DNA from: Penicillus capitatus
Lineage: Eukaryota > Plantae > Chlorophyta
Direction: 5' to 3'
Assembly: GCA_965649825.1 (NCBI GenBank)
Contig: OZ287695.1
Location: 1,221,081-1,285,080, forward strand
DNA length: 64,000 nucleotides
Translations under genes and position numbers: made by a program
Shown here: positions 25,401-36,899 of the stretch, piece by piece
Position numbering within the stretch: position 1 is the stretch's first letter
How the letters are laid out: every line of letters starts with the position of its first letter
Notes under the pieces: model-generated
Told to the model about the DNA's origin: nothing
The model's input: only the letters and a program-made list of their open reading frames with translations
Database searches by the model: none

Positions 25401-26446
25401 CCTTCGTGGTTGTAGAGTTCTTGGGCGGACTTGCATCGGATACGATCCAGCATTCGGCAGCGTGTCTGTCTATCGGAGACCATTTGTTGCATCCGACAGC
25501 CATCGCTTTCCTGATCAGTGCGTGTGTTGTTCCGACTTTGGTGTTCATTCTCTTCAGTCTGTTCTGGATCGCAGTCACTCTTTTCAAGCGCGATCAGCAA
25601 CAGCGGTTGTCGTTCTTGGGAAAGAGAACGCTGATTTCGCTGATGGCGATTTGGTACATCACCTCGGTGCCAGTGATGAAAACGGCGTTCAGCACAGGAC
25701 TGTGCACGGACGTTTTCATGTCCCGGAATGGCACAGAAGAGGAGAAAATCATGTACTGGGCAGTGGATACAAGCTTGGAGTGCTTGAAGGCCGATCATCT
25801 GACACTGGCTGAAGTGGTGTGGATCTTTGTTGGTACCGTCTACGGTGGCGCACTCATTCTCTTTGTCTTCGTCATCGTCGGCCCAGAAGATCGACTTCTG
25901 GACACCGACAGCATTGGCTATCAGACAATGGGATTCCTGTATCGTGGGTACAAGCTCGGAGCTCGACGATACTGGGAAGTCACTGTCGCCTTGAGGAAAG
26001 CATTCATTGCACTCCTGATGTTCTGTGCACAGCGCTTTGACAGTCAGTTGGCCATCGTCGGCTCCACTGCCCTCATTGCTCTCGTCATCGTGGGGCACAT
26101 CGCAGCGAAGCCTTATCGCAAGAGATTCGATGAACTGAACAGGATCGAACTGGGTTCGCTTTTTGTCTCTCTCCTGACGACTCTGACTGCCGCCTCATTG
26201 AAGAGCCAGAGTTTTACGGATGATCTAGGCCGCTTGATTATCTCAGTCATGTGTGGTATGCTTAACATTATCGCTTTCGTTGTCTTCGTTTGTTTCCTCT
26301 TTGTCTATTTCATCGACTACTTGAAGCTCGAGATGGCAGAAGAAGGGAAACCTTTCGAATCCAATACAACAAGTTTGCGAGTACTCGCGTTGTGGATTCG
26401 CCACAAACGCGACAGCATCATTCAATGCTTGGAATGGGGCTCTTGA
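19491..26446 (+). CDS. Large cell-surface protein: signal peptide, Pmp-like/pectin-lyase beta-helix repeats, Cys-rich region and multi-pass TM domain; this copy is interrupted by a retroelement at 22596-24223
   Basis: Signal peptide MHFSLVFLLCLFAHEAHS. Many GGA[IV]/F..N.A repeats. Cys-rich segments CKNCSYTGYSFNPEEDRCRPCPANGIC and CAE/GHSGPLCGSC. About 7 hydrophobic helices in 24890-26446. Removing the insertion and one TSD restores RYRAGEDLPE-MTLQFIDG in frame. Confidence 0.85.
22596..24223 (-). mobile_element. Non-autonomous non-LTR (LINE-derived) retroelement, 1628 bp, ORF1 only
   Basis: Perfect 15-bp TSD gaagaccttccagaa at 22581-22595 and 24224-24238. A (TTA)5 tail lies at the 3' end of the element sense strand (plus strand taataataataataa from 22596). 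TGTAA sits about 12 nt before the tail. The element is GC-richer than its flanks and has no RT or endonuclease ORF. Confidence 0.92.
22727..24178 (-). CDS. LINE ORF1p/gag-like nucleic-acid chaperone, truncated before the CCHC knuckle
   Basis: Intact 483-codon frame; the first ATG is at 24139. It has the SYRDAA motif, a coiled coil, an RRM-like VVISNVDTDIDPEAAI..RLNRR..PSRNLKVFV segment and LDYMVLPIRSFTRSPR, the point where zinc knuckles normally follow, then a stop after 6 residues. Confidence 0.85.
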   Translation of the reverse strand: MPNDGARTRALRTMLPSGSTSVGPDTAPDPVRTAVAQAAHTVRYRRDLRRTPEVLEAMSKKELILVNTALLACPTHIAATVEPATLISKIRDYLAAHEAKDTAQLTLVNRLENMRNQLLLAPEAPELPRSGESHTSALCRTRHSVPPSQLLRACSDDIRASVGHFEYIIETLELEALEKPTIQAISRLQEVQNCMLFYHSITDWTSPAAHPTSPAPTAKDPAATDPGSAAPRSYRDAARKAPTTQTPAQKQRNAQTRELRKKTQELKAQIRCDERSFQFCPVKLKGERPSFRQLGISLERKLQIKNLKEHVEDIRTDHGGRFYVQIRAEWRESFEKSLDRCLECSGDAWDLELPEIGTFAVNNPYLSPTKDKVPVVISNVDTDIDPEAAITAIAEQNTTRWKIPATELEESHFAAPHRLNRRKRDASGQPLPEWTPSRNLKVFVSKTLFEILKDPKSAFATLDYMVLPIRSFTRSPRVPQGVP

Positions 26447-27197
26447 GACGTCCCTTCTCTTGTCGACACATGAGAATCTCTCACATTCGATTTGACAGTT
26501 TTCTGTTTCGAGTCCATCTTGCAACACAAAAACAAATGCGTCAAACGCATAGTGGTATTGTCTGTCTGCTTGTATCGGCATTAGAGATACTGGTATCGAT
26601 CTGCCTGTGGGTCAGCAAAGTCCATCTGTGTTTTACATCTTACCTACCTTTTTTGATTTGCCATCGCATTCCTAACGAATTCGATGTACATGACAGAAGA
26701 CGCAAGTGGCTACTGGATTGGTGCTTTCGAACTCATGAATAAGCATCAAGATATCCAGATTATTTTCCCTGTTGCCATGTGCCGAGACTGGATAATTCGC
26801 CCTGCATATCTGTGGGATAATAAAATACGATGGTTTTCCTCATGCCGACGTAGACACATCGGAACAGGCGAATAAAAAAGAACGGACAAAGCACTCTGCA
26901 GTCTCTTTCTTTCGAGTATGCAATACTTGTAAGAAATTGACAGTCATGCTGTAGAAAGAAATCTGCGCTTAACCACTGTCCTCGACGTCCTTCTATCGTC
27001 CAGTCTTTGTCAAAGGCACTCGATCGAGGCTTCGAGATCACGATTGCTCTGATCACGATCGTTTTTGTCAGTGACACGGCCTCGTGTTTCTTCTGCCCTC
27101 ATTGAACACAATCGCTCAACGTTCGAAGCGCTGAGGCTGAAGGTCCGTCAGGTTTCGAGGTGATCGTCACGATGCGACGTCACCTTTCGGCGGAGCG

Positions 27198-29050
27198 ATG
27201 TTGCGATCGCTTCATGGTTCGACGCTGCGTTCCTTCGCTTCGACCAAAAGTCCACGAAGCATTGCTTTACTTCGACGTATTTCCCGAATCTCTTGTTCAC
27301 GACGTCCAACGCGCCGCTCTCCTAAATCTGCGATCCGCGCCGTGGCGTCGAAGGAAGCTCTCGACGTCGTCTCAAAGAAAAGCGTCGGCGAAGTACTTGA
27401 CGAGAGCTACGACAAAATCTTCACAGAAAACGAACACGTCCGTCGAGTAGGCATCGTCTTACATCCCACCTCGCTACCAGGTCTGTCTTCTTTGACAAGA
27501 CAGCTTCTTTTAGCTTCTTTAGGTCCTTATGGATGTGGAGAAGTCGGTCGCGAGGCTCTTCGATTTATCGATTGGCTCGAGAGTTGTGCCTGCCAATGTT
27601 GGCAGGTCTTGCCACTAGGACCGCCCGATCAGATGTTCTACTCTCCCTACACAGCACTCGATACCAACTGCGGCAATCCTTTACTGATTTCGATCGATTC
27701 GCTGATCGAAGAAGGACTTCTGCAACAGCACGAAGCGCCAGAACATATTCCGATGGGTCATGCCAATTTCAAACTGGCAGCAGAACGCAAAGAGCCACTA
27801 CTGAAGCTGGCAGCGGGTCGATTGCTGGACGAACAGAGATTTCATTACCTGAGAGACGAAATGTGGAAATTCCGTTCCGAGAATGTATGGATCGAAGATT
27901 CGGCATTGTTCGAAGTATTGAGATCGACGCCAGAACTGATGTCAAAGGTGTGGTGGCAATGGCCCGAACCCATTCGTTTCCGTACACCCGAAGCCATGCA
28001 AGGAAGCAGAGAGCAACACCAACGTGCCATTGACGAATTCGTGGCCATTCAGTTTCTGTTCAACCGTCAGTGGTCAGCTGTCAAACAATACGCCAATGAC
28101 AAGGGTATCAAGATCATTGGTGATATGCCCATCTATGTTGGCGGCCACAGTGCCGATGTATGGGCCAATCAGAGACTCTTTGAATTGTCAGACTCTGGCG
28201 CACCTGCTTTCGTCAGTGGTGTGCCTCCAGATGCCTTTAGCAAAACAGGACAGCTGTGGGGAACACCTCTTTACCACTGGGCAGTGCACAGAGAGTCAAA
28301 CTATGAATGGTGGGCGCAGAGACTGGGACGTGCTTTTCAGTTGTTTGATGAGACCCGTATCGATCACTTCAGAGGTTTTGCAGGATACTATTCTGTCGAG
28401 GCCCACAGAGAGACAGCCATGGTGGGTCAGTGGAAGAAAGGACCTGGTAGAGAGCTCTTTGATGCACTGCGTCAACAACTGGGGCCAATTATTGATCACG
28501 GCATCATTGCTGAGGATCTCGGCGTCATCACACCTGATGTCTATCAACTGAGAGAAGAGATCGAGGCGCCAGGAATGGTGGTACTTCAATTTGCTTTTGG
28601 AAGTAATTCCAGCAACATTCATCTCCCACATCTACACAACAAAAACAGCGTTGTCTATCCTGGTACGCTTCAGTGGCCATTCTATCAGATTCGGATAGCG
28701 GATGTACAGGGACGCATGACAATCCGACGGCCGTTGGATGGTTTCAGGACAACAGTCAACCGAAAGAACGAGAATATATGATGGAGTACATTGGATGCGA
28801 TGAAAAAGATGCAGCGTGGTCTTTGATAAGAGAATGCATGAAATCTGTTGCTCAATCCTGCATCATCTGCTTGCAGGACATCATGCGCCTGGACAACGAT
28901 CATCGCATGAATTTTCCAGGCCGAGCCGAAGACAATTGGACATGGCGTGTGAGGGACAACGGCGTCTGGGATTCGCTGAAACAGGAAGCAAAAGATTTGA
29001 GACGACTGGCAAAGAATTACAATCGTTTGCCGAAGGGATTGTCTAAGTAA
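27198..29050 (+). CDS. DPE1: 4-alpha-glucanotransferase / disproportionating enzyme 1 (GH77), plastid-targeted
   Basis: Motifs GIVLHPTSLPG, WQVLPLGP, IIGDMPIYV..HSADVW, PPDAFSKTGQLWG, RIDHFRGF, IAEDLG and (Y)PGTHDN, with an Ser/Arg-rich transit peptide and two short introns. Confidence 0.95.
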
Positions 29051-29136
29051 AACGGTTAACGGCGAGGAATGATGATGTGAAGGACACGTGCCTTACTTAA
29101 TCAAACGAACGAACGTCTTCTGATGCAACAGACACT

Positions 29137-30360
29137 TCACCATTCCTCATCTGGAAGTTCTGGTTTAGACGGATCTTTAGGATCATTCGGCTTCAGTCTC
29201 TCAGCCAGCTTGCCTGCTGTCAATGTGTCACCCGTCTTGTAAGCCAGCTTCATTTGCATACGCAACAGCTCCTGTCACACAAGACATCTCAGAAGTGACG
29301 CGTAGTCGTCGTCTACACTGCATCGATGAACCTGTTGTTTCATAACGGAGGCTTTTTCAGTTGTCTGGAGCTCGTGGTAAGCTTCTTGAATACGTCGTTG
29401 ATGATCTTCCAGTTTCTTTCTCTCTTTCTCTTTTCGCCTCTCCTCTTCATCATTGAAATGGTAGTCCTCGACCACTGCCTTCTTCTTCTTCGAAGCCTTC
29501 CTCGATTTCTTCTTCTGATGATACGCATCCAAGTCGTAGTACTTTGGATGCGGCAACGTGCCTGGGATGGAACATGATGATGGGTGGCGAATAGACCTGC
29601 AAAGACTTTACCCGTGTTGTAGTCCTCTGCAAAATCTGCAAAGAGTTTCATCTCTTCTGTCCTGTTGAGCGACTCCGTGTCGATGCGTTTGGTATCCATT
29701 GCCCATTTCACAAATTCTGCTCGCTTAGAGTGGTAATCCGATTCCCGGATCACACCATATCGTCCAAAAGCACTCATCTCCTTTGATATCTTGTCCTTCC
29801 TTCTCTTCTTACCCTTCTTTGATCTGTGTTTCTTGGAGCGATGCTTCAAACGTCTGCCGGAATTATCCGATGCATCCGAGTCAGAAAGGGATATGTCATC
29901 ATCAGAGGATCCAGAAAAACTCCCAGATCGATGTGGACTCGCTCTACCTTCAGCAGATCTCGCCAGAGCATTCAAGATACGTTTCCTTTTCTGCATAGGA
30001 GGACGTTTAGCACAGATTCAGGTCGACACAGTGCCGCACTTTATGCAGACGGCTCAATCGAGATGCATTGGCTACTTGAAATCGTCTAAGCAACAGTGCT
30101 GCCTTCTGAGGCACCCAATCGCTCTCTTTCAAGGCCGCCGTTCGAACTTTTTGACCAAATTGTGGCATCAGAGCCTGTAACTTGACACTGGCTGCTTCTT
30201 CTTTCTCTTGCTGAAGTTTCTGAAAATGCTTTTCCACCTATGTGGCGATTTTGGCTTCACGAGCATACACAATGAGAGCGTTTCATACCATACTGGCCCC
30301 TCGATTTTCCGCATCCTTCTCTACGGCACTCCTCGTGCCGACGCTATGTGGCATTTCCAT
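29137..30360 (-). CDS. Conserved uncharacterised Lys/Arg/Ser-rich nuclear protein with an N-terminal CUE/UBA-like segment
   Basis: FGRYGVIRESD..KRAEF..W....K......EDYNT-GTLPHPKYYDLDAY block, which I recall from conserved plant/fungal uncharacterised proteins. Four GT-AG introns join the exons in frame. Confidence 0.75.
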
Positions 30361-30711
30361 TTCAAAGGACAGGCACAGATTCCGGAGCCGCGCGACTCGA
30401 TGTGACGTCACGCGTTTCGCCGAGGGCGGTGGCCAATGGACCACGTGTCCCCGGCCGAAGCAGCGCCCGATCGCGGCGATCTAATGGATATGCACCGTCA
30501 GCAGCGGCGCCGCTTGCCAATAAGATAATCTGCATGGCAGAATCGACGGAAGTTAGACTTCTCCGAGGGGGCACTGAGGTACTTAAGTCCCAACCATATG
30601 ACCTGCCTCCAGTCGAATTTGTCTGCTGTTTCAGTCGTCTCCTTCTCCCAGTTGCCGTATTGTCGACGTCTGTCACCGAAATCTGTCTAGCGGAAGAAAC
30701 GTAAACAAGTC

Positions 30712-31290
30712 ATGAAAGCTTCAAGTACTGTTGCTAAAACAATCTTCTTTCGGTCTTGAGTGGCATGCGTTTTAGTAACTTTGCTGTGCCTCTGCGTCTT
30801 GCTCGCTCGTCCGATGCCCCTTCTGTCGTTTGCCGACGCATACGACGTTGCCGCGCCGCCTAACGGCATTTACCTTGTGCGCATATGGGACATCGGAGTG
30901 AACGTTATGGATGACCCAACGTGGACAGGCCATGTCGATTTTCACAGCGAAGGAAACGGTGTGTTTGTCGGTGCGTCTATCTATCCCTTACCCATACATA
31001 TCTCAATCGTCGGTGCCTGTACAGGTGACTGGCTTGAATACAGCGATCACTTTAGCGCCTTCTATTCGTCCTCGACGCAGCTCTTGACGGGTGGTTGGTT
31101 TTCTCAAGGAAACCTCTTCTGGGGCGGTATTCACTTCCGCTGGGATGGTACGCGTTTGACAGGAAAGTGGACATGGTATGGACGTAATGGAACGGGATAT
31201 GAAGAATGGTTTCCTGTTGGTCCTGACTATGTCGTCCCAGCGCTGCCACCCCAACCACCCCATGATGAAGAATACGACGGAAGTCTGTGA
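30712..31290 (+). CDS. Secreted Trp-rich beta protein, unknown family, copy A
   Basis: 13-nt exon 1, then introns 30725-30760 and a 54-nt phase-1 intron. Signal peptide followed by PPNGIYLVRIWD...GDWLEYSDHFSAFY...LTGGW...WGGIHFRWDG...GYEEW and a Pro/acidic tail. Confidence 0.8.
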
Positions 31291-31336
31291 TGACAACCAT
31301 ATAACGAAAAGTCTGTGATGACAACCATACAACGAC
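31281..31336. repeat. 2 x 28-nt tandem duplication spanning the stop codon of copy A
   Basis: aagtctgtgatgacaaccataYaacga occurs at 31281 and 31309. Confidence 0.85.
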
Positions 31337-31839
31337 GCATCGTGTTATCGCCTCTCTGCTTTCGAGGCGAGTCGACGCGATATTTCTAGTGTTCATGCAA
31401 ATCAGTCAATCTTGTTTATGCATGACCAATGGATGGACTTCGCATGTTTTTTAGTCTTTTATGTGTCTTAAAAACAAAGAAACTTCTTATTTCGAGATCT
31501 CTTCGACATTCGTGTCTGTGCTGTGTTTTGATTGTTGCCCTTTATGCATCTGAATGCACCGTTCTGGACATTTCGCATGATCCAATAACGGTCCTGGAAG
31601 GACGGACTTGCCTAAGTACAACATGTGTTGAATGTAATTAACACTTCATGGTGGCATAGATGTTCATATCCCCTTCGCGTTCCACGACAAACGTAACAGG
31701 CTGTTACACAGAGAGATCTCGTCCTTTAGTAGACAGGCATTTTCATAATAGGGATTAGATACAAGAGTGTTCTTAACAATGAGGCGACCAATGGACACGA
31801 TACAGTCCTCAATCTGCAGATGACCCTCATCGGGAATCT

Positions 31840-32295
31840 TCAGTTCGCATGCTCCTCTGTCTGTTTCTTGGCCTCTGCATCGTGCGCTGCTCGGTTCGAT
31901 TTGTACAAAGTTGACGCTGCGGAATTTGCTGGGTCGTCCGGATTGGGATCCTGTAACATGGTGCTGATGGAGAGCAGGACTTTGCCAATAGTCAGAGCAG
32001 GGGTCCATTTGTTCTGAAGAATATCGAGACAGATCGATTTACTGGGATAAACATTGCAGTGATAGATTGGTGTCTTAAACTTGACACTTGGCGGCTTCAT
32101 GGGGTAGTCCTGAGGAAATGTGATGTCCAGTGTGAAAAAGCCTCCTTCGTATGGGGTGTCGGGAGGCCCAACCATAAAAGCTTGCCAAACGAACATATTC
32201 TCTTCGTCGACGGGTCCAGCGCTGCAATTGGGCGGTGGGTCCTTCTGAATCTCGGAAAGCTCTTTTTGAATGCGCTTGAGACTGACGGACGCCAT
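31840..32295 (-). CDS. UBC: Ubiquitin-conjugating enzyme E2 (UBC4/5-UBE2D/E class), single exon
   Basis: KRIQKEL, GPPDTPYEGG.F, FPQDYPMKPP and YHCNV...ICLDILQNKWTPAL with the catalytic Cys. True start is MASVSLKR at 32295. Confidence 0.95.
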   Translation of the reverse strand: MASVSLKRIQKELSEIQKDPPPNCSAGPVDEENMFVWQAFMVGPPDTPYEGGFFTLDITFPQDYPMKPPSVKFKTPIYHCNVYPSKSICLDILQNKWTPALTIGKVLLSISTMLQDPNPDDPANSAASTLYKSNRAAHDAEAKKQTEEHAN

Positions 32296-32628
32296 TTGAA
32301 ACGAAATGGGCCTCGTAGCCGTAAACGGAGACGCAAACAAAAACAAAGCCGTTAACGTCGGCGATGGACAGACACTCTTTGCTTCGAACACACCAACCAA
32401 CCAACAGTCGTTATCATTACCAGCGTTTTCCTAATGGGTCTTTTCACTGCCACATTTCTTGAAAGGGACAAAGAAGAGACGAAAAGCGCGTGTTCCATAA
32501 CAGATCGTGACAGAAAGGGACGTGTGCGTTTATTCCTCCCACACACACGTTTGGAATTTGTCCAATCGTTACCGTGACTGTTCTGTTTTTAAAGAATGTT
32601 AAAGAAAGAATACATATGGCCAGTTGAT

Positions 32629-33237
32629 TTAACTCAGAAAGCGTTCGGCGGCCTTTTCGTCTGTAAGCCGGCAGACATCTCTCATACCAAAGAGTCTATA
32701 TCGATTGTCTGCCATCCAGTCATATCCGTTGTCCCTGAGTGCTTTGGGCATCGGCCAGAGCAGAGCAGAGATCAAAGGGAAAGGCATCTGGAGCTTCTGT
32801 CCGATCCTTAGCGCTGCGTCGGATCGTAAGTAGAAGGCTTCTTTCTCGACGACGACCATGGATGAGATGTCATCTGGTCTCCGATTGCACTTTCTGAGAA
32901 GCTCTTTGCCTACTTCACTTTGCAAAGCGGCAAATCGAAACATCTCTTGGCGATCGAGCGATAAGACGAGATTGACTCCGGCGTTGCAGAAGTTGCAGAC
33001 GCCATCGAAGAGGATAACAGGACGAGAATCTTCGCTGAAGACATCGGTGACGACGGTACTCTCTGAGCGAGAGACGCTCTCGGTCGACACTCCTCGACAA
33101 AGACGTGCTAAACGCACACTCGGCGCGCTTGAACGCCGCGTCCGGCTACACCAAAAAGCATCATCGGTCAGTACACACCGTCTCGTCTGCGCGAGGAGCG
33201 GACGTGAGGCCGCACGAAGCACACGTGAAGATATCAT
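32629..33237 (-). CDS. DCC1-like thiol-disulfide oxidoreductase (DUF393), organelle-targeted
   Basis: ILFDGVCNFC (DxxCxxC), FAALQS, RSDAALRI and RD..YDWMADNRYRLFG, with an Arg/Ser-rich presequence. Confidence 0.9.
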   Translation of the reverse strand: MISSRVLRAASRPLLAQTRRCVLTDDAFWCSRTRRSSAPSVRLARLCRGVSTESVSRSESTVVTDVFSEDSRPVILFDGVCNFCNAGVNLVLSLDRQEMFRFAALQSEVGKELLRKCNRRPDDISSMVVVEKEAFYLRSDAALRIGQKLQMPFPLISALLWPMPKALRDNGYDWMADNRYRLFGMRDVCRLTDEKAAERFLS

Positions 33238-33298
33238 GCTTCAAAATAACCTGTCGGTAGATGGGATAGATGATCGTCTTTGTCTGACGATTGTCATC

Positions 33299-35580
33299 AT
33301 GGCGCCGAAGAAAGATCCGAAGTTAAAGAAGGAAGAGAGTAGCGAGTGGGTTTGTTCGGTTTGCCATCGAGGAATCGCGATTGGCACATGCAGGTCTCCG
33401 TTGCAGTCCAAGATCGATGCGATCGAGAAACAGAAAATCGATCTGGAAATGCAGATCGCTTTTCTCACAGAGAAACTGTCGAGAGCGTCCGAAGAACGCG
33501 CCGTCTATCAGAAACGCGCCGAAGAGTTTCGAACAACGCTCGAGGAGACAAAACAGAACTATGTACACTATCTGACTCCCGTTTTCGTCCTCTCCATCGT
33601 TCGCGAGACGACAGGACGATATCTTGGCGCACCATACATTACAGGCGAAAAGTGACGAAAAGAAGGCGGATGATCTGATACGACGGGTCGAGCAGCTGGA
33701 AGGACAGATGAAGGCGAAAGACGAACGCATTTGCGTTCTCGAGGTCCGATAACGCCATCGATCGGAAATCGACGCTCTCTGTGATCCAGGTCCAACGTCA
33801 AAAGGACAAAGAAATCCTGAAAGAGTGTGATTCGGCATTGGAAGACAGACAGAAGCTGGAACAATTAGTCAAGTCTCAGCAGTCGATGATCGAGAAACAA
33901 TCGAAAGAGATCGATCGCTTCGTCCACAAAAACGAAGATATCTTGGCCGAGAACGCAGCTTGTCGCGATCAGATATCCGATCTCACTTTACAGGCAGCGG
34001 ACAAAACGGACGTAAACATTCTGTTTGACGATGTATGCTTTATTACGCATCGTTGCCGAACGGTTGCTGGCGATATTCCATCCGATAGCAAATCGAGCAG
34101 CCTGGTCTGTGTTGGAGGTATGCCGGCGGGCGTATCGAGAAGTGATGTGACGCGATCGTGTTTTCGACGCAGGTGAGAAACTCGTCCTCTGTGGCGAAAT
34201 GGATGGCTTGTTCAAAATTCATTCGTTCGATCTGTCGACGTTTTCGTGGACGAAGCACGATCGAAACTCCAATCTGCCTTTCTTATCTCGACGGGGACAT
34301 GCTATGTGTCCATTTTCTCGATCGAAGCTCATCCTCTATGGCGGATTTCAAAACAGCGAGATCTGTTCGGACGTCTCCATACTGAACTCAGAGACTCTTA
34401 ACTGGCAGGTAGGTTGGCGGGTACCCTTGATCGTGATGATTGTGTCGAATCTCCGTGCAGCGTGTCGATCTGATACAGCTTGTCGCGCCAAAGCCGAGAC
34501 ACAAGCACGCGTGCTGCACATCGCGTGATCAGCTTTTCGTATTCGGCGGCGTCGTTGATGGAGAGTTGACGAATGAGCTGTGGATTCTCGATGTTGAAGT
34601 CTTTCAATGGCACGAACTTATCGGATACGAGGACGAACCGTCGCCGAGACGGGAATCGACGATTGCCGTTTCTGAAGACGGCAAACGGTAACCGAATGTT
34701 CCACGAAGACGACAATCGCAACTGATCTTGATCTCCTTACCAGACTGTACGTTTTTGGCGGATATGATGGACAGCAAGATCTCAATGATCTCTACACATT
34801 GGATATCGAGAAGCGAACGTGGACGGCGGTGCAGACCGAAGGGAGATTACCCGAGCCTCGTCGAAGTCACATCAGTTCAATACTCACGTCTTACTTGCTA
34901 ATCGCTGGGGGCATGACAAAGAAGAGAGACAGCGACGGTTGGCGGAATTTAGGCGACTGTCATGTTCTGGACCTCTCGACGTCTACCTGGGAAACGATCG
35001 ATGACGGGACGTGGATCGCCGAGTATCCCTGGATGCACACCGTCGGCAAAGTCCCTCGCTCAAGTCTCTTCCGAACGTGGAACAAAGCGTAGGAGGGAAG
35101 CTACATGACGTTCTGGGACAACCAACTCTTCACGCTCAGACCAGATCGACACAACCGACTTAGCCAGATTGGCATCGTGCAGTTTGTACTGCCGACAGAG
35201 ATTGCGAACATGCGCGTCACGAAGAAAAAAGAAAACCATATCCAATCGACGTGCGAATCGACGGAGGTAGATCGTGATGACGACGCCGATCGTCTTTGTT
35301 GAGTAGATTAGATATCGTGGCGATCAAATCGACGGCACACACGATGAGTGTTGAGTGGCGACCGCCGACGAAAAACGTGGAGCGCATCGACTACTACAAG
35401 CTCATGCTTGCGACACACACCGGCAGCGTCGCGTGCGTATATGAAGGCAAAGAGCGACAGTATAAGATCGTCCGTTTGCGCCAGAATGCAGAATACATTC
35501 TCTGCGTCAAAGCGGTATATGATGACGGATCTTTCGTGTGGAGCGAATCCAAAGCTCAGCGCACGCGGTGTGCCGCATGA
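33299..35580 (+). CDS. Coiled-coil + Kelch-repeat + C-terminal fibronectin type III protein
   Basis: N-terminal heptad-rich segment. Kelch motifs RRGHAMC...LILYGG, LFVFGGVVDGELTNELWILD, FGGYDGQQDLNDLYTLD and PRRSH. FN3 motif VEWRPP...YYKL...YILCVKAVY. Many short introns. Confidence 0.75.
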
Positions 35581-35687
35581 ACGAATGTATGCGTTAAGAT
35601 CTTCCGACGATATGGGAAGTCGCATTGAACGGCCTTTCGGCGATTGTCGGAAAAACGCGTCGGTAACGTGTTCTTGCCTTACGGACT

Positions 35688-36838
35688 TTAGAAATCGTCC
35701 GATGGGTCGCGATCACTCTCAGGGACATTGATTGTCGATCTTCCGTCCGGCAGATGTGTCATGCCACGAATCTCGTAATCCTTTCTCTGCTCTCGCAGAC
35801 GCGTGGCATAGTCCATCCGTTCTTTCAGCTGCGACAGCAGACGGGTGACGGCTTCTTCGACGGAGGCCAGGCCTGACTGCGACGATGGATCCTCTAGCGA
35901 CACTACGATGTCCGCACTTTTGTAGAATTTCTCTCTGCACTGCCGCTGCGTCGAAGAGAAATCGAGTATTGGATTTCACCTTTCTGCGTAGATGCGTGTC
36001 AGTTTCTCTTTGGCGATTTCGATCGGATTGGATGACGCTTCATCTGCCGTCTGCGATAGCAACGGGCGTTGACGCAATCCATCCTTGGCAACGCGCTGCG
36101 CCAGTTTTTCCGGAGGCGCGTTCAGAAACACCACAATTCCTTGATGGAGATAACTCCAATTCGCTGGACGCATAACGATGCCGCCTCCAGTTCCCACGAC
36201 TAAGTTCTTATACTGATGAAGATCTCGCAGCACCTAAGGCGCATTGCCAATTCAATCCTCTCAACAAAGAATGACGACAGTTGTTTCGAGTTTTCGGAAT
36301 GCCTCTTCGCTTTCTGTCGCAAAGAATTCGTTGATGGAGCATTTGGCCGCTTTCTCGATCAGACCGTCCGTATCCATGAAGAGATACTTCAGACTCTTGG
36401 CCAGGACCGATCCGACTGTCGTCTTGCCACTGAGACACGCCTCGCTCAGTTCACTCTGCAGCGGAGATCGGCCCACGGGGGACATACCTACCCATCATGC
36501 CCACGAGATACACATTCGTTCCGCCCAGTCCTTCGGCCACCGCATCCGCCGTGTCCTGTCTCGCGTATTTCGCTGCGAAAACGATCGCAGATATGCTGCA
36601 CTTGGTAACGCGGTTTTTGATGATCACTGTCGGCGCGTTGACAGAACAGTGGAAAGAATTCGCGACGTGGCGCATACCGACCGTCTTCGATACGCGCTGC
36701 CGACCGTTCTTTCATCACCCGTTTCCCACACCATCCCGCATTGCGATTCCGCAAGCGGTGGGCACAGCGCGATGGGTGCCAATTACTACCGACGTTGAGT
36801 GACGTCTCAGTCGAGACGAACGTGGCGCAGATCATCAT
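35688..36838 (-). CDS. SK: Shikimate kinase, plastid-targeted
   Basis: NVYLVGMMG-SGKTTVG (P-loop split by an intron), FMDTD.LIE, GEEAFR-like ESEEAFRKLE, VVGTGGGIV and RPLL. The start is uncertain (36838 or 36675). Confidence 0.9.
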
Positions 36839-36899
36839 CAAACCGCGAAAAGGACACGAAATCGAAGGGAACGACACTATTGCATGGGCATGTGTCCAT

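Noticed and set aside
30757-30759. In-frame TGA between MKASS.. and the signal peptide of copy A (readthrough or selenocysteine idea)
   Set aside because: It lies inside a 36-nt intron at the same position as intron 1 of the three paralogs.
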